Assembly: GCF_033026475.1 (NCBI RefSeq)
Contig: NC_090205.1
Location: 6,037,544 to 6,101,543, forward strand
Direction: 5' to 3'
Length of the DNA: 64,000 bases
Source of the DNA: Channa argus
Lineage: Eukaryota
In this document: positions 23,833 to 35,599 of the stretch, in pieces
Layout: the number at the start of each line of letters is the position of its first letter
Position numbering within the stretch: the stretch's first letter is position 1
Notes under the pieces: generated by a model
Databases searched by the model: none
What the model was told of the DNA's origin: nothing
What the model saw: only the letters and a program-made list of their open reading frames with translations
Translations under genes and position numbers: made by a program

Positions 23833-26385
23833 TTGCGTATGATACTAGATACAGTTGCCCCTCTGAAAAAGAAGGCAGTGAATCAGAGGAGGCGACCTCC
23901 ATGGTACAATTCACAAATGCACAGCTTAAAGCAGGCGTCACGAAAATTAGAGAGGAAGTGGCGTTCCACTAATTTAGAAGAATCCCGGTTAGCCTGGAAA
24001 AACAGTTTAAAAGTGTACAAAAAAGCTCTCCGTGATGCCAGAACAGCATATTATTCCGCACTAATAGAGGAAAACAAGAACAACCCCCGGTTTCTGTTCA
24101 GCACTGTAGCCAGGCTGACTAAGAGCCATAGTTCTGTTGAGCCTAGTATACCCTTAACTTTGAGCAGCAATGACTTCATGACTTTCTTTACTGATAAAAT
24201 TGCAGCCATTAGGGAAAAGATTCACCAGATCCTCCCTACAAATATTACAGATAGATCTTCATGTACAACAGCTCTAGAATCCTCAATAAGGCCCCAATCC
24301 ATCTTAGACTGTTTTTCACCCATAGATCTCACTGAGCTAAGTTCAACTATCGCCTCCTCAAAACTAACAACATGTCTTTTAGACCCTGTTCCAACCAAAT
24401 TGCTTAAAGATGTTCTACCTTTAATAGACACATTCATATTAGATTTGATTAACTTATCTTTAGAAACTGGCTATGTACCAAAGGCTTATAAAGTTGCTGT
24501 AATCAAACCATTACTTAAAAAACCCTGTCTTGATCCAGGTGATTTAGCCAACTATAGACCAATATCAAATCTCCCGTTTATTTCTAAAATCCTGGAAAAA
24601 GTAGTTGCAAAACAATTATGTGATCACCTTTACAGGAATAATTTGTATGAAGACTTTCAGTCAGGATTTAGAGTTCATCACAGTACAGAAACAGCACTGG
24701 TAAAAGTCTCCAATGATCTTCTCCTCGCTTCAGATAATGGACTTGTGTCCGTACTCGTCTTACTAGACCTTAGTGCCGCATTTGACACCATTGACCACAA
24801 CATTTTATTACAGAGACTAGAACATAGATTTGGGATTAAAGGAACCACATTACATTGGTTTAAATCTTATCTGTCAGACAGATTCCAACTTGTTCATATT
24901 AATGATGACTCTTCTTTATGCACCAAAGTTAGCTATGGAGTTCCACAGGGCTCTGTGTTAGGACCAATACTTTTTAATCTGTACATGTCACCTTTAGGCA
25001 AAATTATTAGGAAACATTCCATAAACTTCCACTGCTATGCAGATGATACCCAGCTCTATTTATCTGTGAAACCAGAAGATACTAACCAATTAGTCAAACT
25101 TGAAGCATGTCTAAAAGACATAAAGACCTGGATGTCCTACAATTTCCTACTTCTAAATTCAGACAAAACTGAAATCATCCTCTTTGGGCCTAAAAACATG
25201 AGAAATATGCTGTCTAACAATATAGTTACTTTAGATGACATAACTTTGGCCTCCAGTACTGCGGTGAGGAACCTTGGAGTTATTTTTGACCAGGATTTGG
25301 CATTTACGTCACATATAAGACAAATCTCTAGAACAGCCTTCTTCCACCTACGGAACATTGCTAAAATTAGAAGCATCCTGTCTCAAAGTGATGCCGAAAA
25401 ACTGGTCCATGCATTTGTTACTTCTAGGTTGGACTACTGTAATTCCCTACTTCTGGGGTGTCCTAATAACTCTCTAAAAAGCCTTCAATTAATCCAAAAT
25501 GCTGCAGCAAGAGTGCTGACTGGATTAGGAAAGAGAGATCATATTTCACCTTCACTAGCTTCTCTTCATTGGCTTCCCATAAAATCTAGAATAGAGTTCA
25601 AAACCCTCCTCCTTACATACAAAGCTCTTAATGGTCAAGCTCCATCATATTTAAAAGATCTCATAGTTCTGTATCGCCCGATTAGACCACTTCGATCCCA
25701 AAATACAGGCCTACTTGTGGTTCCCAGAGTTTGCAAAAGTAGAATGGGAGGCAGAGCCTTTAGCTATCAAGCTCCTCTCCTGTGGAACCAGCTTCCAATC
25801 CAAATTCGGGGAGCAGACACCCTCTCTACTTTTAAGACTAGGCTTAAAACCTTCCTTTTTGATAAAGCTTATAGTTAAACTGCTCACTCAACCTGAACTA
25901 GCTTTTCTCTATACATTTACTTGTCACTACTGTATACCATTAATTCTATATCCTACAACCTGCACGATGCTTTGTTGTTGCTTTTTTGTTGTTTTGTTGT
26001 TGCTTTTCTTGTTGTTTTGTTGTTGCTTTTTGTTGTTGCTTTTTGTTGTTTTGTTGTTGCTTTTTTGTTGTTTTGTTGTTGCTTTTCGTTGTTGCTTTTC
26101 GTTGCTCTTTTCTTTTCTTTCTCCACTTTCCACTCACCCCAACCGGTCAAGGCAGATGGCCACCCACCCTGAGCCTGGTTCTGCTGGAGGTTTCTCCCAT
26201 TAAAGGGAGTTTTTCCTCTCCACTGTTGCCTAGGGCTTGCTCAAGGGGGATTTGTTGGGTTGCTTCTACATACTTGTGTAGTCTGGACTTTATTCTGTAA
26301 AGTGCCTTGAGATGACTTTGTTGTAAATTGGCGCTATATAAATAAAGTTGAATTGAATTGAATTGAATTGAATTGAACAACAACC
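23833..26385 (+). mobile_element. L2-clade non-LTR retrotransposon, 5'-truncated (RT domain ORF 23833-25878 plus 3' tail with microsatellites)
   Basis: A 681-aa ORF carries the RT motifs FDTIDHNILLQRLE, GVPQGSVLGPILFNLYM and YADDTQLY, and the L2-type C-terminus LQLIQNAAARVLTGLGKRDHISPSLASLHWLPIKSRIEFKTLLLTYKALNG. The tail carries a (TTGTTG/TTTTG)n tract at 25958-26110, and the conserved 3' tail ends in (TTGAA)n at 26345-26385. The paralogous empty site at 56100-56160 defines the boundaries. Confidence 0.85.
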
Positions 26386-26774
26386 TTTATTGTCATTGAG
26401 AACATATATGTATTACACATCCATAAATGTCTTTAAATTTGTACTATGACATGTAAACAGCAACAACTGCTGTAGTAACTTATTTGATAATCTGTTTAGA
26501 CCTGTATATATAGTTGAAGTTTAAACATTTATATACACATTAAAAAGCAATTTTAAAAGTCGGATTTTTAATACAAATAATATAAACTTTTTCTAGTTAA
26601 TGTTTAATTTTTACAATAATATAAAAACTAAATGTTAAACTCTTTAAATTGGTTGATATATTAATATAATAATAATAAAACTGAAATAACAAAACACATA
26701 TTAGGTGTAAACAAAAATATAACACAATTCAAAGAAAGATAATAAAAATTTAACTTGGATAAAAACAGACCTAT

Positions 26775-27050
26775 GGTGGACAAGGAGACCGATGAGTCCA
26801 GTCAACAGGAAAACACTCAGCAGCCCCAGACAGAGACCAACTCTTTAAAACCCCTCTCTGAGCTCCTGGGACCTAAGCAGAGAAAACAATCCACTTAATC
26901 CAGTCCTCTATCAGAAATAACAGATGAAAGAACAGATTTATTCCCACTCAGTCTGTCAGCGTCTGATTGAACATTCTTACCTGTCTGATTTGTTGAAGGT
27001 CTTGAGTTAAGAGCCTTCTCTTATTCAACATTGACATACATTTTGTCCAT
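26775..27050 (-). pseudogene. CLR gene B remnant (cytoplasmic exon with premature stop + TM exon only)
   Basis: Exon 1 reads ATG GAC AAA ATG TAT GTC AAT GTT GAA TAA (MDKMYVNVE*). The TM exon at 26775-26875 carries a 2-nt deletion relative to gene A. No neck or CTLD exons follow on the 3' side, where the L2 insertion lies. Confidence 0.6.
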
Positions 27051-28744
27051 GATCATAAATTTGTCAGGTCAGTAAGTGCAAATGATAAAGACTTGTTGGT
27101 TTCAGATGCTAAGAACACAGGGTTTAAAATGACAGGTTTTTGTTGTTTTAATGTTGGACAATACAAACCATCATCATTAGAAGACACGGCAAACTACACT
27201 AATAGAGGACTGAAGCACATAGTTCAGTCTCTTCACACTTCTGACATTTACTGTAATAAAGTGACATCAGTTCAGGACACGGTTGTGGAAATGAATAGAA
27301 AACACAGTCCCATTTATTCTACCCAACCTGATGCAGCTTTGTAATTTCCTTCTTAGTTCCTGGAAAGAACAGTGGCACAAAGGTTTCACAGTTTAGAATA
27401 AATGTACAGAAGTTGAGGGGCCGGGGTGGGTTGGGCTGTTAAGACAACACAGCTACAAAAATAAACACAGTGCACTGTGACTGTTGACTGTACAACTGTG
27501 TTGTAAATATAAATCCTGCACTTGAGATATTGTGACTTCCTGTCTCTGCTATGTGTCTCTTAAATTAAATTCCTCTTAATCCTTGAACATTTGTCTTCCT
27601 CCACTTTTACAATGGAAGTTTGACCCACTATTGTTACCTGCTAAATATTTTTATGATATATTAGAAGTGTCGCAGTTATATAAGAAAGATTCTCTATAAC
27701 CTTCATCCACCACCAGAAGCCCTGAGAGCGGGCATGTGAGCATCAGAACTGGACCACAGAGCGATGGATAAAGGGGGCCTGGTCTGGTTGTTTGCATGTG
27801 CATCACTTACTCAGGAAAAGATGCTACCAGGATGCACTATGGCAGAAAGGGAAGCTGGCAAAAACAGTGTGATGCTCCTGACAATGTTCTGGAGGGAAAC
27901 CTTACGTTCTGCCATTCTTGCAGATGTTACTTTGACAAGGTACCACCTACATAAATGCTGTTGCTGAGCTGAAGTACACGGAAACCGTATTTCCTAATGT
28001 CTGTGGTCTCTTTTAGTGGTCTCTGCCACACTGCAAAAAAAGGTTCAACAATGGTTTGAAGAAAACACTGAGTTTGAGGTATTGACTTTGCCTCCAAATT
28101 CTATAAATCTCAATGCAGTCATCGGTGTGTGAGTGGGTGAATGAGAAGCAACATTGTAAAGTGTTTTGGAAAAAAGTGTTGTATAAGTTGCCATTTATCA
28201 TTTATCCTCAGGCTCTGATATAGAGATAAAGATATGTCATTACACCACGTTATTACCAAATTAAACAGTTTATGAAATGGTGCAGCTCCCACCATCTCAT
28301 GGTCACAAACCATAGTAAAGTTAGGGTTATACTGGTAATATTTTGTTTTTGTATTTATGATTTGCAGTGTTACGTTTTGTCTTGTTTTACCATGTATAAA
28401 TATCAGCCTCATTCAAATGAGTGAGTGAGAGCAGTGAGGTACAAGACCCACAGTACACAAAGAATCCCAGAAAACACTGCTGCAAACACAGTTTTCCATA
28501 TGAACCTGTCAATGTAGGCAAATGCTTGTGTTTGTACACTAATGGCGTCCAAAGGCCAGAGATGACATAGTCAGATTCTCTGTGCATGGTAACATTAATA
28601 CCACTTAGTGGACAGGAGTCAGCCCTGATAGACGGGTATCGAACCACACGGGTCATCAGAGCTGGCAGCGTATGTGGTTGTACATGCTGAACCCCCGTCC
28701 ATCACAACATTGAGCAGTTGCATCTAATGTTGTGATGTGTTACA

Positions 28745-28990
28745 TAATTGCCAACAGGACAAAAGCCTGGAGAACAACAGCTCCATGAAATCTCCTCTCT
28801 GAGCTCCTGGGACCTGAACAGAGAAAAGACCTGTGAGTACAGTCAATGATACAAAGGTACCAACAGAGGATAACAGTTCACTCAGTGTGAAGAGATTTCT
28901 GATTGGACATTGTTACCTGTCTGATTTATTGATTTGTTGTCTTGAGTGAACAAACTAACCATAGTCAACATTCATATATTTCTTCCATTA
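28745..28990 (-). pseudogene. CLR gene G remnant (frameshifted cytoplasmic exon, truncated TM exon)
   Basis: The cytoplasmic exon reads ATGGAAGAAATATATGAATGTTGA, with a 1-nt loss. The TM exon is only partly retained. Confidence 0.5.
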
Positions 28991-29329
28991 ATCATAAGGT
29001 GTTGAGCTCTTACTAGAAGTTCTGCAGCGCTAACTGCAGTAAATTGTAAATGATGAAAGTTTGTTTCAATCATTGAGGAAACTGAGCTTTAGAGGAAGTG
29101 ACTAGTTTCGATGGTGAGCAATCTTCTACAAACAACATTATTTTAAGACCCACCACAGCTATAAAGAAGTGAAACATGAGAACATGTTACTGTTTATCCG
29201 TCTTTAATGAAGACAGTTATTCATAAATTATTCAGTTTATTCACTAGGAAGATAAATGAAGAACAAAGTAAAATTCATTCTGCCACCACTGATGCACCTT
29301 TAGGAGGATTTGGATAAAGAGTCATAACT

Positions 29330-29546
29330 GGGGGCGACTGTAGCTCAGTTGGTAAAGGCAGTCGTCGATTCGCGGACCTGGCTATATGTTGAAGTGTCCC
29401 TGGGCAAGACACTGAACCCCTAACAGCCCATTCCCCTCCCCAGCTGTGCAGTGCCGGTCCAACCCGGTAGAAATTGCGGACAATGATCCGCTGTGGCAAC
29501 ACTGAACTCACGGAATAAGCCGAAAGGAGAGTAGTAGTAGTAGGAA
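29330..29546 (+). mobile_element. SINE (tRNA-like head GGGGGCGACTGTAGCTCAGTTGG..., RTE-type LINE 3' tail ...CCGCTGTGGCAAC...AGCCGAAAGGAG) with 14-bp target-site duplication
   Basis: The TSD aaagagtcataact is present at 29317-29329 and again at 29547-29560. Paralogous flank copies at 36060-36090 and 47455-47480 lack the insertion. Confidence 0.7.
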
Positions 29547-30399
29547 AAAGAGTCATAACTAACGTGGCCACAAGATGTCACTATCAATCCTTTTCCAGGT
29601 GCTTCCCTCTACATGGTCAGTCAAAATGGGAAAAAGTGTCTTAGAATTTTACTGTTTACTGCATTAACATTACACATGTTCTAATAATTGGATGCCTGAC
29701 ATTCAATTTTATGGGAGCTTTAAATCAATGCACTCTTTTGTACATAGGAAATAAGTCAGGCTGTGTGTGACAGTGTAAAGGACAAGCACTGTTTAAGTAT
29801 AATCCTTTGAACTCATGAGTTGACCAGATGCTATGAAAACCAGAATCCCTAATTATCAGTCTCGTGCAAGGTACAACACAAGTTAGACACAGATAGATAA
29901 ATAATATAAAAGCATGTGACGGAAGAGCTAATAATCTAAACAGGACCAGACAGCCGGACCTGGCATGGTGTCGACCAAAGGATTCAAAAAGCTGAGATGA
30001 GACATGAACACGGAAGAGCAAACTCCTAAACATCTAACATCACAGCAACTTGAGAGAGTGGAGAACTCCTCTGCTGAGAAAAAAAGACAGCAGATCATAC
30101 TGTTTGATCTCAGAGACACTAAAACTAAAACTAATGTTGATACTGATCTGAGCCTAATCACCTCCCAAGATCAGGACAAACTGTGTGGAGAATAATGTCA
30201 GCTTCAACTCCAAAACCCACTCGCCTGCAATTTTGGTTGCATACTAATGGGGTGGACATTGGATCAAGCTCCTCTGAATGGGAATGTGTGAACGGGAATG
30301 TGATGCTGCATTGCCAAATTAATGCGACAAAACATGAGGCAAAGGAGACTGAGGCTGAGGACTAGGATGAGATCTTTTTGAACTCAGCTGAGATGTGGA

Positions 30400-30910
30400 C
30401 TTTATTAGAGCTAATCTGCCAGATACATCAATGTCTGTGTGTTGACCTTGGAGTCCATGGAGATGTTTTTCCCTTAATTAGGTTTTTTCCGTCTGTGTTC
30501 TCTGGGTCTGGATTGTCCCGGAATTTCACCTGAAACAGGGTTTTTTGCAGTGAAGGGAAATTAAATAACTTCATATGAAATGATCTTACTTGAACTGTAA
30601 TTTAAAGAAATTACACATTTGCATTGAAGTTTTTTGACAACTGTAAATAGTTAAAATTGAGGAGATTGTTGTACGGTGAGAGAGTTGCCTTTTGAGACTC
30701 TGAGGTGATTATTTTTCAATCCTTCATCTGTTTTTCCATTTTGTTATAAATGACATTTGTTAACTCTAATTAGCTACTAGTAATTTAGCTTACAAGGCCC
30801 AGACTGTTATTAATCTGACAGGATGATGGTCTGATTCTAATATGAGGCAGGTTTATGGTCTGTAAACTTGTTTCTGTTTTACTTGTTTGCTTTGAAGTGT
30901 TACGTAGTCT
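30400..30910. repeat. ~0.5-kb segment duplicated at 51640-52050 (part of the CLR tandem-duplication unit)
   Basis: The copy at 30420-30700 reads ccttggagtccatggagatgtttttccc...ttgaagttttttgacaactgtaaatag...gttgtacggtgagagagttgccttttgagac. The copy at 51640-51900 is near-identical. Confidence 0.7.
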
Positions 30911-31587
30911 CGTCTACTACAGGAGGAGGGACTGTAGTGGGTAGAGTTTACATATTAGAGTTCATGTATAATATAATATAAACTGTATTACATGTAGGAA
31001 TGAAGGAGTACTTGGAAGTTGTATTATTATATATGGTGTTTCTTCAGTACATGGGAAATGTGTGTGCGTCAGTAACAATGGAAAAGGTCAGGAGAACCTG
31101 GCATTTGTCCCAGAATTAAACATTTCCAGGTGACTCTGTTGAAAACAGTGGGGGAATAGAATTTTTGGCAAGATAGAGGTTGAAAACAGGATATGATGTT
31201 TATCCCTGAACTGTTGCTAAGGAGGAGAAAGATGGGAGAGTATTAGAGTCTTTTTGCCTTTTTGCCTGTCTGACTGATGCTTTATCCACGGCATTAACCA
31301 TCTGCCTTCATACACCTGTACAGCTGGACTGAGGTCAGGTGACCCTGGAGGAGAAGGTCATCCCTGGTGGGCCGTAACAAACTCCCTGGCAGCATTAGCT
31401 GTGTGTATGAACCAGTGTGAATGTGAATTCAATAAAAGCGCCTAAAGCCAGTGCTTTAATGTCCTTTCATGTTAAATATGATAAACCACACAGGCAAAAC
31501 CATTAAAGTGTGTGACTGGACAAGTTGCAGGCTGTACTGTACTATACTGTCTAACCTGTTGCTGGTTGTATCCTGGTTGGTTATCAC

Positions 31588-32426
31588 CAGTTTATAAGGT
31601 GCAGTTGTGCGCAGCCTCAGTAATTCGTCCTCCATGATGACGATGTCAGGGTGAGCAAGTTTCTGCATCAGCTTTCCCATGAAGGAACCGACTACAAACA
31701 GGACACAAATCACTTCCGTTAAACATTTTGGTGCAATCTGCATCCACAAACCAAAGCCTAATACATTTATTAAAAATAAAAACACAAGTCAACAAACCCT
31801 CCAGCTACACACAAGTCTTTTTAGCCTGTAGCCTCGTGATCACATGTCCCTCTTGGACACAATGAATGATACATGTCTGTACATATATGTAAAAAGGCTG
31901 TTTCCCAGGTGGAATAGAGGAGCTACAGTCAGTAAACCAGATTGAAATGCAGAAAGGTTAACATTGGTGTATTTGTATCTGTGCCTATCACATACAAATA
32001 CTATGAAAATATAATGGATATGTATAGTTGTGTATTGCAATACTGTTACTCTGCAGCAATGGCTAGAAAGCTAATTTAATCATATTACATGTATTACGTG
32101 TCCTCTGTCCTCTGAAAGTCTTGTTCAAGCACCAGTCCAGTTCCCACTGAACAGCACTTTTAGTGTAAAGTTAGCTCCCACTGTTTGTTAGCTGTTAGCT
32201 ACACTAGCTGTAGCTGTTGACCTGCCTGCATCGGCTAACGTTATCTGCTGTAGCTAACAGTACAGAAACACTAGAAACACTGTTTGGCTGAGCAGGACAA
32301 AGTCAAGAGCAAAACACCACGTTGACTCAAAGACAGGTAAAGGTGAGACTCACCTGAGGGACTGTGGCGGCGGCTCTGCGCTCCTCCCTTCAGCACTGGC
32401 TTTACTGACCGACCTCGGAGCTTCAT
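31588..32426 (-). CDS. Possible 5' end (exons 1-2) of an unidentified - strand gene
   Basis: Exon 1 runs 32426-32354: ATG...MKLRGRSVKPVLKGGAQSRRHSPS, ending at donor G|GTGAGT. Exon 2 runs 31691-31588: acceptor tgtttgtag, then VGSFMGKLMQKLAHPDIVIMEDELLRLRTTAPYKL, donor GTGATA. The phases are compatible. The upstream region is GC-richer than its surroundings. The protein family was not recognised and further exons were not found. Confidence 0.3.
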
Positions 32427-34657
32427 GTGTTCTTTACTAAGCCTGAGCACGGACTGTAAGGCAAACTGTGAACTGAACCGTACTCTGCCTGTACGGCTGA
32501 GCCTGGGAGTCCGAGCTGAGGGCAAACAAAACCTTCCATTACACACTAATCGGTTTACGCGCACACAAATCTTGCAGACGGAACAGTAGCAAAATTCCAC
32601 CGATAAAATCACAATTGTGAGGCTTTCCAGCACTTTTGCTTATAACCTAAGTGTTTTCTCGGATTACTAGACATTTACAGTTAGTTATTTGAGTGAATAC
32701 ATTTGCACATTATTTTACACAAATATTACAGTTACAGATTTGTTATATATTTGTTATAAACCTGTTATATTTTTATTGTTTACCTCTACACTTGTTCTGA
32801 TTGCAATTTTTACATTTCCCATGAGTAAGATGTCTAATTATACGAGTCACAGAGTGCTATGACTCATCAGATGGCACTCATTGATATAACATCTGCAAAG
32901 AATTTTGTTCCTGTTTCACGACCTGATGTTGACCTGTGCAAAGATTCTAGTGATGAAAATCACTATGTAAATATTCTATATAATACTTTCTAATCTATGC
33001 TTAGCTCTGTACCCCAGTGATGCCTATGTCACACAAAAACAAAAGTGCCTGAGTTTTCTATACAACATAAAGAGGATGTATATTGAATCTTTATGAATTT
33101 GTACATCTGATGACTTCTGTTGTGTCTTGTGATTAAAATGTAATCAAAAGGAGGGAATTGTGATGGAAAATCAAGTATGATTAAATTATTGCATTTTACT
33201 CTTAGCATCTTACCAAGTTATAATGGCAACTTGTACTCACTGTACTTTTGAAATATTGTTCAAATTTTGTCTCATATACATGTTTTGTGTCAAAGTGTTT
33301 GCAGAACTGCTCCAAGGTCATTTACTGTCTAACAGCAGACCATCCCACACTGCAGTGACCCAGAGTCACTTCATGCTCACAGGTGCTTATCAAAGTGCTG
33401 GAAAGGGAAAAGGTTCCATAAAAGGAGAAAAGAGCTGGGAGCCAGAGCCTGAGGGTGGAGAATGTTCTGCCCAGCAACAGAAGGTTCTAAAAAGGTTCTA
33501 ATGTGTGATGTATGAAGTTTAGAACTGCATAGGATGGAGAATTGATACTGTCGATGTACTTTTCTCTTGCAAGATAATAAAACCCTAAAAGACGTCCTGG
33601 ATGTTGAAGCTTCTTTACTGATTACACTTGAGGTGTCTAAGACCAGATATTGTCATTTTTGCCATGGCAGAGAAGAAATAGATGAAATGCAGAAATGGAT
33701 TCTCTGATTAGTCTATTGTGTTTGTATATATGTTAAAGACCTGTGTCATAATGCTACAATAATAACTTGTCTATTTTTTTAGTCCTTTTTATGTGGCAGA
33801 TTAAGCTGAATATGTTCAGGTGAATGAATCCAGGTTTATAAACAAATTTTTTTAAAAAGATCTTATTTCCCAACTATTTGACTTCTAATTTACCAAACGA
33901 CATGTTTGCTGGGTTGTATTATTAGGCATTACCATGTATTCAGAGTATCATCAATGTGGAAGAAATCACAAAACTAGAAGTGTTGTTCTTATGGAGTTTT
34001 TACTTTGCATGAGATGATCTTTCAACACAGAACATGTTTGTATATAAATGAAACAGGTGCACAGGGACAAGATATATTACTGTAAGTCAGACCTCGACCC
34101 AAAAGCAGAATGAGCACACAAACACACACAGGCTGAGGAAAGGAAGTAAATTAAGTTTAATTAGGACAATTGGAGAAAACAAAGGCTGACTGCTCAAACT
34201 AAAAACACCTCACAGAGAGAAATATTAATACAAAATACAACAAAAGGAGGGATGAGGGATAAAGCTGACAAACTCAGGGGTCCAGTACTATATGAAAGTC
34301 AACTAAACAAGGCAGAGCACACCAGAGGGCAAACAGTTCAGGTCTGAGTACTGCAGAGGAAAGAGGATAAACCAGACAGTTCGGACTGTGGGAGCTGACA
34401 GAACACAGACAGAGTCTGCTCTGAGGCAGGTTTAAGAAGGTTCATGCTAATCAGCAGCAAGTGCAGGCAGCTGCGCATCCATCCACAGCATCAGTCCAGG
34501 GTGAGACAATGACAGGGAGGAAGAGCAGCCACCTACAGAGGGAGACAGAGTTACAACAAAAATAAGCAAAGCACAAAAACACACAGGCCTTGACAGAGCA
34601 TATTCATGTTTTATATGAAACATTTCCATATGTATAATGTCAAAACATTTACCAGTG

Positions 34658-35483
34658 TTACACTTTTTTCTCACAGATCCATTGCTGAGATACTTCACAG
34701 GACAGGTCATTCCACTTGTGACCTTTTTGAACATTAATTTCTGCACAGTCTTCTCCATCAGTCGAATATTTAAGAAGATTATCGGGCTGCTTCACATCCC
34801 AGTATCCACATACTATTTAGCCAGATCAGATTCTTTCCTATTTTTCCCCCCAATCTTTACAATGAACTGATGCCCATAATTTAAGTTCCATGTGCTAAAA
34901 AATCAGATATAATAAAACACATTTGCTTACAGGCATAATGCTAATCTAATAGAGACTAAGAGACTAAGTGAAGGTGAAGTTGGTGTTTATCTGGTGCTGA
35001 ACAGCTACATCTACTTTTCCTGCTAAACTTTTTTTCTCAAAACTAACTATTGTAATAATAATTCAATTTTTTCATTTTAAAATGCCATAAAAGTTTTGTA
35101 AATTAAAAAACCTAAGTAAGAAACTTGAGAAGTAAAATTAGTCAAACTAAATGACAATACTTCTGAAACTCATAAAGTGACTCTGGTATTAACTTATAAA
35201 ACACAGACTCACAGTGGACACCGAGGACGATGAGTCCAGCCAACAGGAAAACACTCATCAGCCCCAGACAGAGACCAACAGCTTTATAAAGTCTCCTGTC
35301 TGAGCTCCTGGGACCTGAACAGAAAAAGACCAGTAAACACAGTCTTAGATCAGAAATAACATATGATTAAAACAGATTTAATCTCCACTCAGCAACTAAT
35401 TAAACATTCTTACCTGTGTGATTTGTTGAAGGACTTGAGTAAACAGACTTGTCATGTTCAACATTGACATATATTTCCTCCAT
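34658..35483 (-). pseudogene. CLR gene C: internal-deletion derivative (cytoplasmic exon + TM exon + 3' part of last CTLD exon with QPD motif)
   Basis: Exon 1 (35483-35414) reads MEEIYVNVEHDKSVYSSPSTNHT and is intact. The TM exon (about 35313-35211) is intact. Then the TM-neck intron is fused directly to CTLD3 (...ggctaaatagtatgtgga|tactgggatgtg), which removes the neck, CTLD1, CTLD2 and the CTLD3 acceptor. The remaining CTLD3 reads YWDVKQPDNLLKYSTDGEDCAEINVQKGHKWNDLSCEVSQQWICEKKV*. Confidence 0.6.
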
Positions 35484-35599
35484 TGATCACAGGTTTGTTA
35501 ACTGCCTCAGAGCTCTGGTCAGCTTTGCAGCTCAGTACATGTAAATGATAAAGACACTTTGGTTTCAGATACTAAGAACCCTGAGCTTTAGAAGAAGTT

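Noticed and set aside
25958-26110. Regularly spaced short tandem repeats that could superficially resemble a CRISPR array
   Set aside because: The genome is eukaryotic. The units are 5-6-bp microsatellite motifs without unique spacers, and the repeats are part of an L2 3' tail.
25715-26300. Several overlapping ORFs (104-162 aa, both strands) rich in C/F/L or K/Q/T runs
   Set aside because: They are translations of the (TTGTTG/TTTTG)n microsatellite and the LINE 3' tail. They are low-complexity, overlap on all frames, and show no start or stop context of a gene.
27093-27344. 83-aa + strand ORF ending ...QPDAAL (and twin at 56922-57257)
   Set aside because: It is on the opposite strand to the CLR genes, inside their conserved 5' flank, and is duplicated only because the flank is duplicated. 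It has no splice sites and no domain similarity. It is treated as non-coding flank.
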